DNA from: Candidatus Saccharimonadota bacterium
GTDB taxonomy: Bacteria > Patescibacteriota > Saccharimonadia > Saccharimonadales > Saccharimonadaceae
Direction: 5' to 3'
Length of the DNA: 64,000 bases
Assembly (NCBI GenBank): GCA_017506895.1
Contig: JAFWBV010000005.1
Location: forward strand, 67,983-131,982
Shown: positions 1-9,548 of the stretch, one piece after another
Position numbering within the stretch: position 1 is the stretch's first letter
Layout of the letters: every line of letters starts with the position of its first letter
Position numbers and translations under genes: made by a program
Notes under the pieces: model-generated
Databases searched by the model: none
What the model was told of the DNA's origin: nothing
What the model saw: the letters and a program-made list of their open reading frames with translations, nothing else

Positions 1-1
1 T

Positions 2-1177
2 AAAATATCAGAAAATGAAAATGGTGAAATCGTCTTTACTCTGCCAACTCCATATACCGATTTTATTTCCGCCTTAATTATCCCAATCATTCCAAAACAT
101 CTTTTGGCTGATGTGAATCCCAAAACCCTGATTGAAGATAATTTCTCTAATGCGCCAATTGGATCTGGGGCATTTAGTTTCAATGCAGCTCAGTCAATTT
201 CTACAAGTGGTGAAAAGACAATTTATCTTTCGTCGAATCCATATTATTACAAAGGGCAAACTCTTTTGAATAGCTTTGCGGTACATATTTTTATGAATAA
301 AGATAATATTATTAACGCTCTTAATGCTGGTACCATCACAGCAACAGCTGAGCTCACCGAAGCAGAAATCGACAAGATTACTTCAGCATCAATTTACCAA
401 AAGAATTCAAGCTTAAATTCGGGGGCTTTTATATTCTTTAATACTGCTAGCCAAAAGTTGAAGGATGCGAATGTGCGAAGTGCGATTAGAAGTGGGATTA
501 ATTTAGCAGAAATTAGAGAAGCGGCGCCAAACACAATAGCATTGAGATTTCCTATTATTGATTCTCAGCTCAAACTAACTAATTATCCGGATTTCCCCGG
601 ACAGGATTTTGAAGCGTCAAAGGCAAAGTTGGCAGAATTGAACGGAGGGGAAACCGTTTCTCTGGAAGTTGCTACCGTCAATTCTGGTTTTTTGCCAAAG
701 GTTACCGAGGCGGTTAGTAATTCATTAACCGAACTAGGATACGAAGTCCATGTTTCGACCTATGAAGAAAACCAGGATTTTATTTCGAATGTGTTGTCTA
801 AAAGGGCCTATGACATACTTGTTTATGAAATCGAGCTGGGTGCCGATCCTGATCCGTTACCATATTATCATTCTTCACAGGCGTCCAAATCTGGTCTTAA
901 TTTGTCAAACTATCGTAATGCTTTAGTAGACGACTTGCTTTTAGCTGGCCGGGAAACACTGGACGACTCTCTGCGAATCAAAAAGTATGAAAGTTTTTTG
1001 GAACATTGGGTCAACAGCGTGCCAGCAATTGGGCTTTACCAGCCAAACTTGACCTATTATTATAACCGTAATGCGCGACCGTTTAGTAATGATTTAAAGC
1101 TAGTTACCGCTCTAGATAGGTTTACTGATGTAAACTCTTGGGCGGTTAATACTACTACTAAAAATAAGACTCCATAG
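2..1177 (+). CDS. ABC transporter peptide-binding protein (OppA/family 5), 5'-truncated by window edge
   Basis: Frame is open from position 2. Family-5 SBP C-terminal motifs present (YDILVY...DPDPLPYYHSSQ...LNLSNY, R...Y..F...W...PAIGLY). Confidence 0.8.
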   Translation, partial: KISENENGEIVFTLPTPYTDFISALIIPIIPKHLLADVNPKTLIEDNFSNAPIGSGAFSFNAAQSISTSGEKTIYLSSNPYYYKGQTLLNSFAVHIFMNKDNIINALNAGTITATAELTEAEIDKITSASIYQKNSSLNSGAFIFFNTASQKLKDANVRSAIRSGINLAEIREAAPNTIALRFPIIDSQLKLTNYPDFPGQDFEASKAKLAELNGGETVSLEVATVNSGFLPKVTEAVSNSLTELGYEVHVSTYEENQDFISNVLSKRAYDILVYEIELGADPDPLPYYHSSQASKSGLNLSNYRNALVDDLLLAGRETLDDSLRIKKYESFLEHWVNSVPAIGLYQPNLTYYYNRNARPFSNDLKLVTALDRFTDVNSWAVNTTTKNKTP

Positions 1178-1205
1178 TTTCAATAATATGATATAATTGT
1201 GGTAT

Positions 1206-1296
1206 GCGCCTGTGGTGGAATTGGTAGACACGCTACCTTGAGGTGGTAGTGGCCATATTCACGGCTGTGCTAGTTCGAGTCTAGTCAGGCGCACCA
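1206..1296 (+). tRNA. tRNA-Leu(GAG)
   Basis: Acceptor stem GCGCCTG/CAGGCGC + ACCA; anticodon stem CTACC/GGTAG with loop TTGAGGT; long variable arm; T-loop TTCGAGT; TGATATAAT promoter just upstream. Confidence 0.95.
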
Positions 1297-1417
1297 TTAA
1301 AATAATGTGAGTCCGAGCGACTCGAATCTGAAGATGCGAGTCTAGTCAGGCGCACCGTTAAAATAATGTGGGTCCAAGCGACTCGAATCTGAAGATACAA
1401 GCCTAGTTAGGTGTAAC
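1276..1417 (+). repeat. 61-bp tandem repeat containing the tRNA-Leu 3' end (about 2.3 copies)
   Basis: CGAGTCTAGTCAGGCGCACC at 1276 and 1337, degenerate CAAGCCTAGTTAGGTGTAAC at 1398; the intervening ~41 nt are also near-identical. Confidence 0.9.
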
Positions 1418-1435
1418 ATTGCAAAAAGGAGGTAA

Positions 1436-2458
1436 ATGAATAAAAGAATCGCGTTTAGTTTGTCGGTTATTGTAGCCTTGCTGCTAACTCCGGCTTTTTT
1501 TGTAATTTCTAATGTTCATGCAGAGGACGATGCTTCGCAAGAACAAAATTCAGAAGAAGCTGCTAATCCGGATGGTACAAATATCAGCTTAACCCCAGTT
1601 AGCAAAGTCTATCAATTATCTGCTGCTTCAACCTATGATGATTCTTTTACCGTTAATAATACTGGCGGGAGAGAACTAGCTATAGAAGTTTTTGCCGCTC
1701 CTTATTCGTATGTTTATTCTGAGCAAAATGATACTTACCAACTTGGCTTTAGTAATGAAAACCATTACACCCAACTTTCACGTTGGATTACCTTCAAAGA
1801 TGCTGATGGCAGCTACAAGAAAAGCATTAGCGCCACAATTGCACCAAATGAATCGTACACTGCGGAATACAGAATCGAGACGCCAGGTAGTATTCCAGAT
1901 GGTGGACAATATGCTGTGATATTTGCTCGTACCACAAATGGCGTCGCGTCATCAAATGGTATAAAAACTGAGGCTAGCCCCGGAATGGTCGTATACGGTC
2001 GTTCGATTGATAGTGAGTCTCTCGTTTCGGCCGAAATCAATAATCTGACCATCAGACAATCTGTCACCGAGAACGAAAAGACCCGTAACACCATTAGCGG
2101 AATGGCAAAAGTTAAAAATACCGGCAACGTAGATTTTACCGCTAGAGGCAAATTAGTAGCTGATGGTTTTATATTTGGTGGACATTACGAGACTCCAGAA
2201 AATGGTGGCAGACTCTCTATTATTCCAGAGACTGAATTAGTGGTTTCTGATGAATGGAAGGAAACTCCTGGATTTGGTATTTTCAAGGTTACCTGGACTG
2301 TAGAAGCGGCAGGCCAGACTGAAACGATTGAACAAATTGTAGTGATAAATGTAATTCCCGTGATAATAGTAAGCATAATCCTATTGACAATTATAATTGT
2401 ATGGTGTATAATTAGGTCTAAGAAGCGTAAAGAGCGCCGTTCTAGGTTGGCAGTCTAG
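1436..2458 (+). CDS. Secreted, C-terminally membrane-anchored surface protein (DUF916/WxL-associated-like)
   Basis: Signal peptide, beta-rich body (PGGQYAVIFA, NTGNVDF), C-terminal TM and basic tail; SD AAAGGAGG. Confidence 0.6.
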   Translation: MNKRIAFSLSVIVALLLTPAFFVISNVHAEDDASQEQNSEEAANPDGTNISLTPVSKVYQLSAASTYDDSFTVNNTGGRELAIEVFAAPYSYVYSEQNDTYQLGFSNENHYTQLSRWITFKDADGSYKKSISATIAPNESYTAEYRIETPGSIPDGGQYAVIFARTTNGVASSNGIKTEASPGMVVYGRSIDSESLVSAEINNLTIRQSVTENEKTRNTISGMAKVKNTGNVDFTARGKLVADGFIFGGHYETPENGGRLSIIPETELVVSDEWKETPGFGIFKVTWTVEAAGQTETIEQIVVINVIPVIIVSIILLTIIIVWCIIRSKKRKERRSRLAV

Positions 2459-2528
2459 TTCGGTAGCCAGGCGAGTGGCTATCTTTACAAATCAAAATAA
2501 ATATTAAATATAAACAAGAGTGTAGAGT

Positions 2529-3455
2529 ATGAAAAAGACACAAAAAAGAATTCTGGGCTTTTTCGGATTGATGACGGTTGCCGTAATGACCGTTGTTGCG
2601 GTTGCAATCCCAAATCCGGGAGTCTCAGCTGTATCTGGTGTAACTGATACAGTGGTAATACGGGTGGTTGGAGATAGCCCGAATGTCAACATTGGTGGCA
2701 TTGAACCTGGTACGGTCACAATTAACCCGCAAAAAGATTTAACAATTGCGTATGAAAATGTTGGCAAGGTTAGGATTAGGCTAGTATATAAAGACACGGC
2801 TGGTGTTGAACATGAATTTAATTTCCCAGAACAGGTAGTTGATTACGGTGCTGGTTCTTTGCCGTTTAATATTAATCTAAGTGATCCACAGTACGGTTAC
2901 GGTGAATATACTTTAACGGTAATTGGTGAAGGGGCAGCAGGTACGGATGAAGACATCATCCAATTCACATATACGCCGTTTATCGCTGAACTCGATGAAG
3001 AACAAGAACAAGGGCAAGAACAAGAAAAAACGTATGTAGATTTGGATTATATTAATGACACTGGCGCTATCGAAGAAGATCAGATTGGTGAGTTCAAAAT
3101 TGAGGTGTTTGACAAGAATGGAAACCTGGTAACCCCGCTTTCGCCGATTAAGGCTTTGCCACCAGAAAAAAAGGTAAACCTTCCGTTTGAAAAATACGAC
3201 TTAGAACCTGGGATATACTCAATTAAAATCACGGCTTATAATATTGAAGGGAACGAACTGGCGGTCAGATATCTCAAAAAGGAAATTAAAGCGAGCGATA
3301 TACCTCCGGTACCTGATACTGGTAGATTGTTTGGTGGATTAAATGTTTCGAATGAAGATTTCTTAATTACGGGATTAATAGCGTTTTTGACGATTGGTGC
3401 TGGCGGGATAGTAATCATTAATAAGCGAAGTAAAAAGAACTCAAGAAGAAGATAG
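2529..3455 (+). CDS. Surface protein with VPDTG sorting-like motif, TM and basic tail
   Basis: N-terminal signal peptide, Ig-like beta domains, VPDTG + hydrophobic helix + KRSKKNSRRR. Confidence 0.6.
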   Translation: MKKTQKRILGFFGLMTVAVMTVVAVAIPNPGVSAVSGVTDTVVIRVVGDSPNVNIGGIEPGTVTINPQKDLTIAYENVGKVRIRLVYKDTAGVEHEFNFPEQVVDYGAGSLPFNINLSDPQYGYGEYTLTVIGEGAAGTDEDIIQFTYTPFIAELDEEQEQGQEQEKTYVDLDYINDTGAIEEDQIGEFKIEVFDKNGNLVTPLSPIKALPPEKKVNLPFEKYDLEPGIYSIKITAYNIEGNELAVRYLKKEIKASDIPPVPDTGRLFGGLNVSNEDFLITGLIAFLTIGAGGIVIINKRSKKNSRRR

Positions 3456-3533
3456 TATTATAACTCTACACTTTGGTTCGGGCGCACTACTGCGAGGGCG
3501 CCCGAGCTACTTTGCTCTAAAGCTTGGTCTAAC

Positions 3534-3567
3534 AAAAATGAGCTGGTTTTAAATCCAACTCATTTTT
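3534..3567. terminator. Bidirectional intrinsic terminator
   Basis: AAAAATGAG...CTCATTTTT inverted repeat between convergent genes. Confidence 0.65.
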
Positions 3568-3578
3568 TAGTTACGTTA

Positions 3579-4175
3579 TTATTCTGTTACGCCAAGTTCG
3601 ATACGCTTGAATTGACGAATTGTGATATTTTCACCAGTTTTTGCGATAGCTTCTTTAATGAATTGTTCTACAGTCTTAGTGTCGTCAAGAATGTATGGTT
3701 GATTCATTAAAACTTTATCGGAGAAAGCTTTTTTGACTTGACCATCAAGAATCTTTTCCTTCATATTTTCTGGGCCTTTGAAATTAGCTTCCAACTCTTT
3801 GATTTTGGCTTTGCGTACATCTTCAGGGATATCATCTTCGGAAACGTAAAGTGGGTTCATTGATGCGATTTGCATTGCAATCTGATGGGCCAAAGTCTTA
3901 AATTCGTCGGTTTTGGCTACAAAAGATGTTTCACAGTTTACTTCAACGATAGCACCTAGACGTCCATCGTGAATATAAGCTTCGACGAGCCCCTCGCGCG
4001 TTTCGCGGTCACCGCGCTTTTCAGCTTTGGTGAGGCCTTTTTTACGCATCGCTTCGAGAGCTTTGTCAAAGTCGCCATCAGCTTCTACCAATGCCTTCTT
4101 AGCGTCGGTAAGTCCTGCACCGGATAATTCTTTGAGTTTTTTGATTTGTTCAATTGATATTTCTGCTTTTGCCAT
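3579..4175 (-). CDS. tsf: Elongation factor Ts (short form)
   Basis: IKKLKELSGAGLTDAKKAL, EVNCETSFVAK motifs; follows rpsB. Confidence 0.97.
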   Translation of the reverse strand: MAKAEISIEQIKKLKELSGAGLTDAKKALVEADGDFDKALEAMRKKGLTKAEKRGDRETREGLVEAYIHDGRLGAIVEVNCETSFVAKTDEFKTLAHQIAMQIASMNPLYVSEDDIPEDVRKAKIKELEANFKGPENMKEKILDGQVKKAFSDKVLMNQPYILDDTKTVEQFIKEAIAKTGENITIRQFKRIELGVTE

Positions 4176-4193
4176 TTTTTTGCCTCCTAAATA

Positions 4194-4880
4194 TTATTTT
4201 TTGCCTTCATTAATAGCTTCTTTAAAGTAATCAAGAATGAGCTTGGTAGCCTTAATTGAATCATCGTTGGCTGGGATTACGTAATCGATTGGAGTCGGGT
4301 CAACATTGCTGTCGGTAATCGCAAATACTGGAATATGTAAACCATTTGCTTCTTTGACAGCATTTTTATCTTCCATTGCATCAACTACAATGATAGCCGC
4401 TGGCTGCTCGGTCATTTCCTTGATGCCACCATAGCGTTCATTCAAAAGATCAATTTCTTCCTGAAAACGCTGGACTTCAAGCTTAGAATAACGATTCTCG
4501 AGCTCACCAGATGCCATGCGACGTTCTAGGTCTTTTAGCTTCTTAATTTGGCGATTGACGGTTTCGACATTAGTAAGAGTACCACCAACCCATCTAACCG
4601 TTACATAAGGCATGCCAGTAGATTCAGCAGCTTCTTTCACGACGTCTTTCATTTGTTTCTTGGTGCCGACGAAGAGAACCTTTTTGCCGTTTTTGACGAT
4701 TTCTGTAATCTTTGGCAAAGCTGCTTCAAGACCATCAACGGTTTTTTCTAGATTGATAATATGGGTTTCACCGCGTTTGCTGTGAATGTATGGCGCCATC
4801 TTTGGGTGCCAACGGCTAGTTTTATGCCCAAAGTGAGCACCAGCTTCTAGCAGAGCTTTCATATCGACATTTACTGTCAT
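4194..4880 (-). CDS. rpsB: 30S ribosomal protein S2
   Basis: LLEAGAHFGHKTSRWHPKM, RWVGGTLTN, IPANDDS motifs. Confidence 0.98.
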   Translation of the reverse strand: MTVNVDMKALLEAGAHFGHKTSRWHPKMAPYIHSKRGETHIINLEKTVDGLEAALPKITEIVKNGKKVLFVGTKKQMKDVVKEAAESTGMPYVTVRWVGGTLTNVETVNRQIKKLKDLERRMASGELENRYSKLEVQRFQEEIDLLNERYGGIKEMTEQPAAIIVVDAMEDKNAVKEANGLHIPVFAITDSNVDPTPIDYVIPANDDSIKATKLILDYFKEAINEGKK

Positions 4881-5068
4881 ATATGATTTCCTTTCTCTTT
4901 GTTTCTGGGCACACTCGGGCGTAAATCACGCTCAGGAAATCTCCCAAAAACTGTTTCATTAATTAATATATGTTTTTATTATAGCACATATGCTTGAGAA
5001 AAGCAAGAACTAATAGTAAAATGTTTCTATATGACTTAGGTCAAGTACATTAAAATGGAGGTGAGAAA

Positions 5069-5710
5069 ATGGTCTCGATTTCAGACAATCAGCTGCGTAC
5101 GAATTGCTCGCTATGGGAACTATCCAACCTAGAGGACGAAAAGAACCGTAGATTTTATCTTTGCGGCGAAATTGCATCCGTTGACGAGTGTAGCGATGAG
5201 TTTAACCCGACACTGTCCCCAACATCAGAATTGGTGAGACAAATCTTTACTATTAACAGGGCAGATATGTCTATCCCAGTCAAGTCAAGAAAGCCCATCA
5301 TCATCAATATCAATTCTCCTGGTGGAGAATTGGCTGAAGGATTTTCGTTGGTCTCTGCGATGGCGCTGAGCAAAACCCCAATCTATACCGTGAATATCGG
5401 CATGTGGTGTTCGATGGCGTTTCTGATTGGGATTACTGGCAAAAAGCGTTTTTCGTTGCCTTATATGACATTCTTAATGCATGAGGCATCCGGCTTATCT
5501 ATTGGTAAGATTAGTAGCATGGAAGAAAAAATCGATTTTGACCGTAAATTCAGCGATAAAGTAGTAAAACAACACATCTTGAGCCATAGCAACATGACCG
5601 AAAGAGACTACGATTTAGTAGTTAAAAAAGAGTTGTATATGTTGCCGGAAGAGGCTAAAATGTATGGATTCATCGATGAGATCGTGACAGATCTTGACAC
5701 CATTTTATGA
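5069..5710 (+). CDS. clpP: Divergent ClpP-family protease
   Basis: ININSPGG, CSMA (catalytic Ser), LMHE (His), EEAKMYGFIDEI; SD GGAGGTGA. Confidence 0.8.
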   Translation: MVSISDNQLRTNCSLWELSNLEDEKNRRFYLCGEIASVDECSDEFNPTLSPTSELVRQIFTINRADMSIPVKSRKPIIININSPGGELAEGFSLVSAMALSKTPIYTVNIGMWCSMAFLIGITGKKRFSLPYMTFLMHEASGLSIGKISSMEEKIDFDRKFSDKVVKQHILSHSNMTERDYDLVVKKELYMLPEEAKMYGFIDEIVTDLDTIL

Positions 5711-5720
5711 AAACAGATAG

Positions 5721-5744
5721 GGCGAACTTCGGTTCGCCTTTTTT
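5721..5744 (+). terminator. Intrinsic terminator
   Basis: GGCGAAC-TTCG-GTTCGCC-TTTTTT. Confidence 0.9.
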
Positions 5745-5786
5745 ACTTTACAATTTTAAAGAACTCTGATATAATTGACGACAATT

Positions 5787-6140
5787 ATGAGTAAAAAAGA
5801 GTTACATCCTAAAGATTATCGCGACGTCGTTTTTTCTGATGAAGCGGCTGGCTTTTCGTTTTTAAGTAAATCTACTGCGAAAAGCGAAGAAACCATCAAA
5901 TGGACTGATGGTAAAGAATATCCATTGGTAAAGATTCAGATTTCTTCAGCTTCCCATCCGTTCTTTACGGGAGAAGAGAAGATTATCGATACCGAAGGAC
6001 GCGTTGACCGCTTTAAGGCACGTGCTGAGAAGGCAAAGAAACTTCGTACCGCATTAGAAAATAAAGCCAAAAAAGCTATCAAACAAGCTGAAAAGAAGGC
6101 AAAATCTAACGACACAATCGAAGCGAAAGTCGAAGAATAA
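5787..6140 (+). CDS. rpmE2: 50S ribosomal protein L31 type B with Lys-rich C-terminal extension
   Basis: MSKKELHPKDYRDVVF, SSASHPFFTG, GRVDRF; no Cys zinc motif. Confidence 0.93.
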   Translation: MSKKELHPKDYRDVVFSDEAAGFSFLSKSTAKSEETIKWTDGKEYPLVKIQISSASHPFFTGEEKIIDTEGRVDRFKARAEKAKKLRTALENKAKKAIKQAEKKAKSNDTIEAKVEE

Positions 6141-6146
6141 TCAACT

Positions 6147-6176
6147 AAAACTCTCCCTAAAAAGGAGAGTTTTTTT
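6147..6176 (+). terminator. Intrinsic terminator
   Basis: AAAACTCTCC...GGAGAGTTTTTTT. Confidence 0.85.
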
Positions 6177-6210
6177 ATGCTATAATAAATATATTAATAA
6201 AGGAGTTTTT

Positions 6211-6756
6211 ATGTTTGACACCAAAGAAGATCGTAAAAAGATGGAATCCATCATTGAGCGATTTAAAGATGAAATGAAGAAAGTGCGAACGGGAAGAGCC
6301 CATCCTGATATGGTTTCTAGCGTAAAAGTCGAGGTTTATGGTCAATTCATGCCATTAAATCAAGTTGCTAATATTACCGCCGCTGATGCTACTTTACTCG
6401 TAATTACACCATTTGACCCTTCTAATATTCAGGCTATTGCATCAGCAATCCGGGCCGATCAGTCTTTGGGTCTAAATCCAGCTGATGATGGGCGTGTTAT
6501 CAGAGTACCAATTCCAGCTCTCACTGAAGAGCGTCGCAAAGAAATTGTCAAAACCGCTTCGTCAAAAGTCGAAGAAACTAAAGTTGCAATTCGCAATGTG
6601 CGCGAAGATGCACGTAAGGCCGTAAAAATCGCTACCGAAATGAGCGAAGATGTTAAAAAACGCGCCGAGAAAGAAATTGATGAGTTGACTAAAGAATTCA
6701 ACGACAAGGTCGAAGCCGAATTTAAGAATAAATCCGAAGAGATAATGAAAATATGA
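6211..6756 (+). CDS. frr: Ribosome recycling factor
   Basis: VRTGRAHP, PALTEERRKEIVK, IRNVREDA. Confidence 0.97.
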   Translation: MFDTKEDRKKMESIIERFKDEMKKVRTGRAHPDMVSSVKVEVYGQFMPLNQVANITAADATLLVITPFDPSNIQAIASAIRADQSLGLNPADDGRVIRVPIPALTEERRKEIVKTASSKVEETKVAIRNVREDARKAVKIATEMSEDVKKRAEKEIDELTKEFNDKVEAEFKNKSEEIMKI

Positions 6757-7424
6757 GTTTAACGCATTTAGGTATTATTGCTGATGGGAATCGTCGTTGG
6801 GCAAGGGAACGTTCTCTCCCAACCATTGAAGGCCACAAACAGGGTCTAAAATCAATTGAACAATTGGTAGATGGAGCAAGCGAAGCTGGCATCAAATATA
6901 TTACTTTTTATGTTTTTAGTACTGAAAACTGGGGCAGAAGCGAAGCAGAAGTTTCTTATATTATGAAGCTTGCAGAAACTAAGATATTAAAATATGCCGA
7001 AAAAATGAAAGCTAAAAATGGCAGACTATTAGTCCTTGGCTCAAAGAAAAGAATCTCCCCAAAGCTGATGAGTATTATTGAAAAGGCAGAAAAACTGACC
7101 GAAGATTGCGATGGCATCACTGTGAGCTTCTGCTTTAATTATGGCGGTGAACAGGAAATTGCTGATGCGGCAAGTATCGCAAAAGATGTTGAAAAAGAAA
7201 TTACACCTGAAACAATTAGAAAACATCTTTACCATCCCGAAGTGCCAGACATTGATATGGTAGTTAGAACATCTGGCGAAGAAAGAATATCTGGTTTTAT
7301 GCTTTGGCGTGCATCTTATGCGGAATTTATGTTTATCAAAAAATACTTCCCTGAAATGGGCGCCCAGGATATTGATGAAATAGTGAAAGAATACGAAAAA
7401 CGTAATCGTAGATTTGGTAAATAG
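6753..7424 (+). CDS. uppS: Undecaprenyl diphosphate synthase
   Basis: HLGIIADGNRRWA, FSTENWGR, RTSGEERISGFMLW; ATGA overlap with frr. Confidence 0.96.
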   Translation: MSLTHLGIIADGNRRWARERSLPTIEGHKQGLKSIEQLVDGASEAGIKYITFYVFSTENWGRSEAEVSYIMKLAETKILKYAEKMKAKNGRLLVLGSKKRISPKLMSIIEKAEKLTEDCDGITVSFCFNYGGEQEIADAASIAKDVEKEITPETIRKHLYHPEVPDIDMVVRTSGEERISGFMLWRASYAEFMFIKKYFPEMGAQDIDEIVKEYEKRNRRFGK

Positions 7425-7452
7425 CACCGTTTAATATGCTATAATAGTTTTT

Positions 7453-8766
7453 ATGGATATCTTTTTAGGTGTAATTGTTGGTTTACTAGTATTAATGATA
7501 CTAGTAACAGTGCATGAGTTCGGACATTTTTTGGCGGCTCGCAAAAATGGCGTCAATGTATTAGAGTTTGGGATCGGTTTCCCGCCACGGGCTATTGCTT
7601 GGCGTAAAGACCCCAAGACTGGCAAGTGGCGTAGATTACCACGAAGCGAATGGAAAAAAGAAAAGGTTTCAAAAGTTGTTTATTCTGACGAAAAAGACAA
7701 AAGTCTAGCTCAGAACGGCATGATTTTTAGCTTGAATTGGCTGCCAATTGGTGGTTTTTGCCAAATGGACGGCGAATCAGCAGCCGACAAAAGACCTGGG
7801 ACTTTTGGTAAAAGCAGTTTCCTAGCAAAAACTAAGATACTTTTCGCTGGTGTAGCCATGAACTGGTTAGTAGCATTCGTGATTTTTACTATACTAGCTT
7901 GGGTGGGCATGCCGGAGTTTCTCGAGGGACAGTTTACAATTCCTAGTGACACCAGAAGTGATTCTACACCAGTACAAATCACCAGCGTGGCAGAAGATTC
8001 GCCAGCGATGCGCTATGGTCTAAAAAAGGATGATTATATTTTGGAAGTCGATGGGCATGAGTTCAAATATGCAAGCGAAATAATTGATTACAACAAACAA
8101 CATGCCGGAGAAAGCGTGAGATACAAAGTCAGGCGTTGGGAAAATGCTTGCGATACACTAGTATGTGTTCAGGCACCTTGCGAGTGTGAATCAGACGAAG
8201 TGCAAGAAACAACTACGCATGTTATGGTAACTTTGAATGACGCGGATTCGGAATATTTACTAGGGGTGACGATGGCAAGCACTCAAACGGTGTCTTATTC
8301 AACTTGGTCGGCACCGATTGTGGGCGCGGGTTTAACATTGCAATTAACTGGTGAAACGTTTAAGGGGGTCGGGATGATGATTGGAAACTTAGTTTCTGGT
8401 ACAGCGCGATTGTTTAGTCCGAATTCAGAGATAAGGGAAGAAGGGCAAGAAGCTTTGTCGCAAGTTAAGGATTCTGTCTCGGGACCGGTTGGTATTATAG
8501 GAGTATTATTCCCAACCTTCACCGCGGCAGGGCCGACCAATCTTGCGTTTTTGGCCGCTTTAATATCAGTCTCATTGGCCTGCATGAATGTATTGCCGAT
8601 CCCGGCTTTAGATGGTGGACGATGGCTGCTCATCGCAATATATAAACTACGTAAAAAAGAATTAAGTAAAGAAACGGAAGAAAAAATTGTTTCAAGAGCA
8701 TTTATTATATTACTAGCTTTAATCTTTATCGTGACGATACTTGATATCATTAGGATTGCAAATTAA
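7453..8766 (+). CDS. rseP: RseP-like M50 intramembrane metalloprotease with PDZ domain
   Basis: HEFGH, FGIGFPP, NWLPIGGF, NVLPIPALDGG. Confidence 0.93.
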   Translation: MDIFLGVIVGLLVLMILVTVHEFGHFLAARKNGVNVLEFGIGFPPRAIAWRKDPKTGKWRRLPRSEWKKEKVSKVVYSDEKDKSLAQNGMIFSLNWLPIGGFCQMDGESAADKRPGTFGKSSFLAKTKILFAGVAMNWLVAFVIFTILAWVGMPEFLEGQFTIPSDTRSDSTPVQITSVAEDSPAMRYGLKKDDYILEVDGHEFKYASEIIDYNKQHAGESVRYKVRRWENACDTLVCVQAPCECESDEVQETTTHVMVTLNDADSEYLLGVTMASTQTVSYSTWSAPIVGAGLTLQLTGETFKGVGMMIGNLVSGTARLFSPNSEIREEGQEALSQVKDSVSGPVGIIGVLFPTFTAAGPTNLAFLAALISVSLACMNVLPIPALDGGRWLLIAIYKLRKKELSKETEEKIVSRAFIILLALIFIVTILDIIRIAN

Positions 8767-9527
8767 TGATTGTCGTGACCGCTTTAATGATGATTGTTTG
8801 GGTGGGGGCTTCGGTTATAGTGTCGCAATTAGCAGTGGGGTACTTAATGCTATGGATGCTCGGTCCAGACACTTTCAGGGAACCAGTCCCGACGGCTATC
8901 TATTCAGCGCTTTCATACGTTCTCGCTATGATGATGATTATCATGATACCGAAACTTATCAAAGCGAAACGTAATAAAAACAAAAAATTGTCTGACGGCA
9001 AAAAAACTAGTTTGAAGGCCTTTTTGGAGGAATTAGGCATCAAGGGTTGGCCAACTTGGGCAGATATTGGCTTAGCACCACTTGGCATGTTGGCCTATAT
9101 GCTTCTTGCGACTGGGCTCGTGGCGGTTTTTAGCATATTCCCGTGGTTTAATGCACAAGAAGTGCAAGATGTTGGTTTTAGTACTTTTATAACTGGCTTT
9201 GACCGCTTGATTGCTTTCTTTACAATCGTGATCATCGCGCCAATAGCAGAAGAAATCATTTTCCGTGGTTGGCTTTATGGGAATCTTAAAAGCTCTTTTC
9301 TTAAAAAATGTTCAAAACCACTTTCTATTATACTGGCAAATTTCTTAGTTTCACTTGCTTTTGGTATCATACATCTACAATGGAATGTGGGTGTAAATGT
9401 TTTTGCGATGTCAATTGTGCTTTGTGGACTTAGAGAGATTACTGGTACTGTGTATTCTGGAATTATCCTGCATATGCTTAAAAATGGTATTGCATTTTAT
9501 CTTGTATATGTTCTCGGCATCCAATAG
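8766..9527 (+). CDS. CPBP (CAAX/Abi) family intramembrane metalloprotease
   Basis: PIAEEIIFRG, FGIIH, HMLKN motifs; multiple TMs. Confidence 0.9.
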   Translation: MIVVTALMMIVWVGASVIVSQLAVGYLMLWMLGPDTFREPVPTAIYSALSYVLAMMMIIMIPKLIKAKRNKNKKLSDGKKTSLKAFLEELGIKGWPTWADIGLAPLGMLAYMLLATGLVAVFSIFPWFNAQEVQDVGFSTFITGFDRLIAFFTIVIIAPIAEEIIFRGWLYGNLKSSFLKKCSKPLSIILANFLVSLAFGIIHLQWNVGVNVFAMSIVLCGLREITGTVYSGIILHMLKNGIAFYLVYVLGIQ

Positions 9528-9548
9528 ATATGATATAATTGGATTATT

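Noticed and set aside
1276-1417. CRISPR array
   Set aside because: The spacers are near-identical copies, the repeat is the tRNA 3' end, and no cas genes are present.
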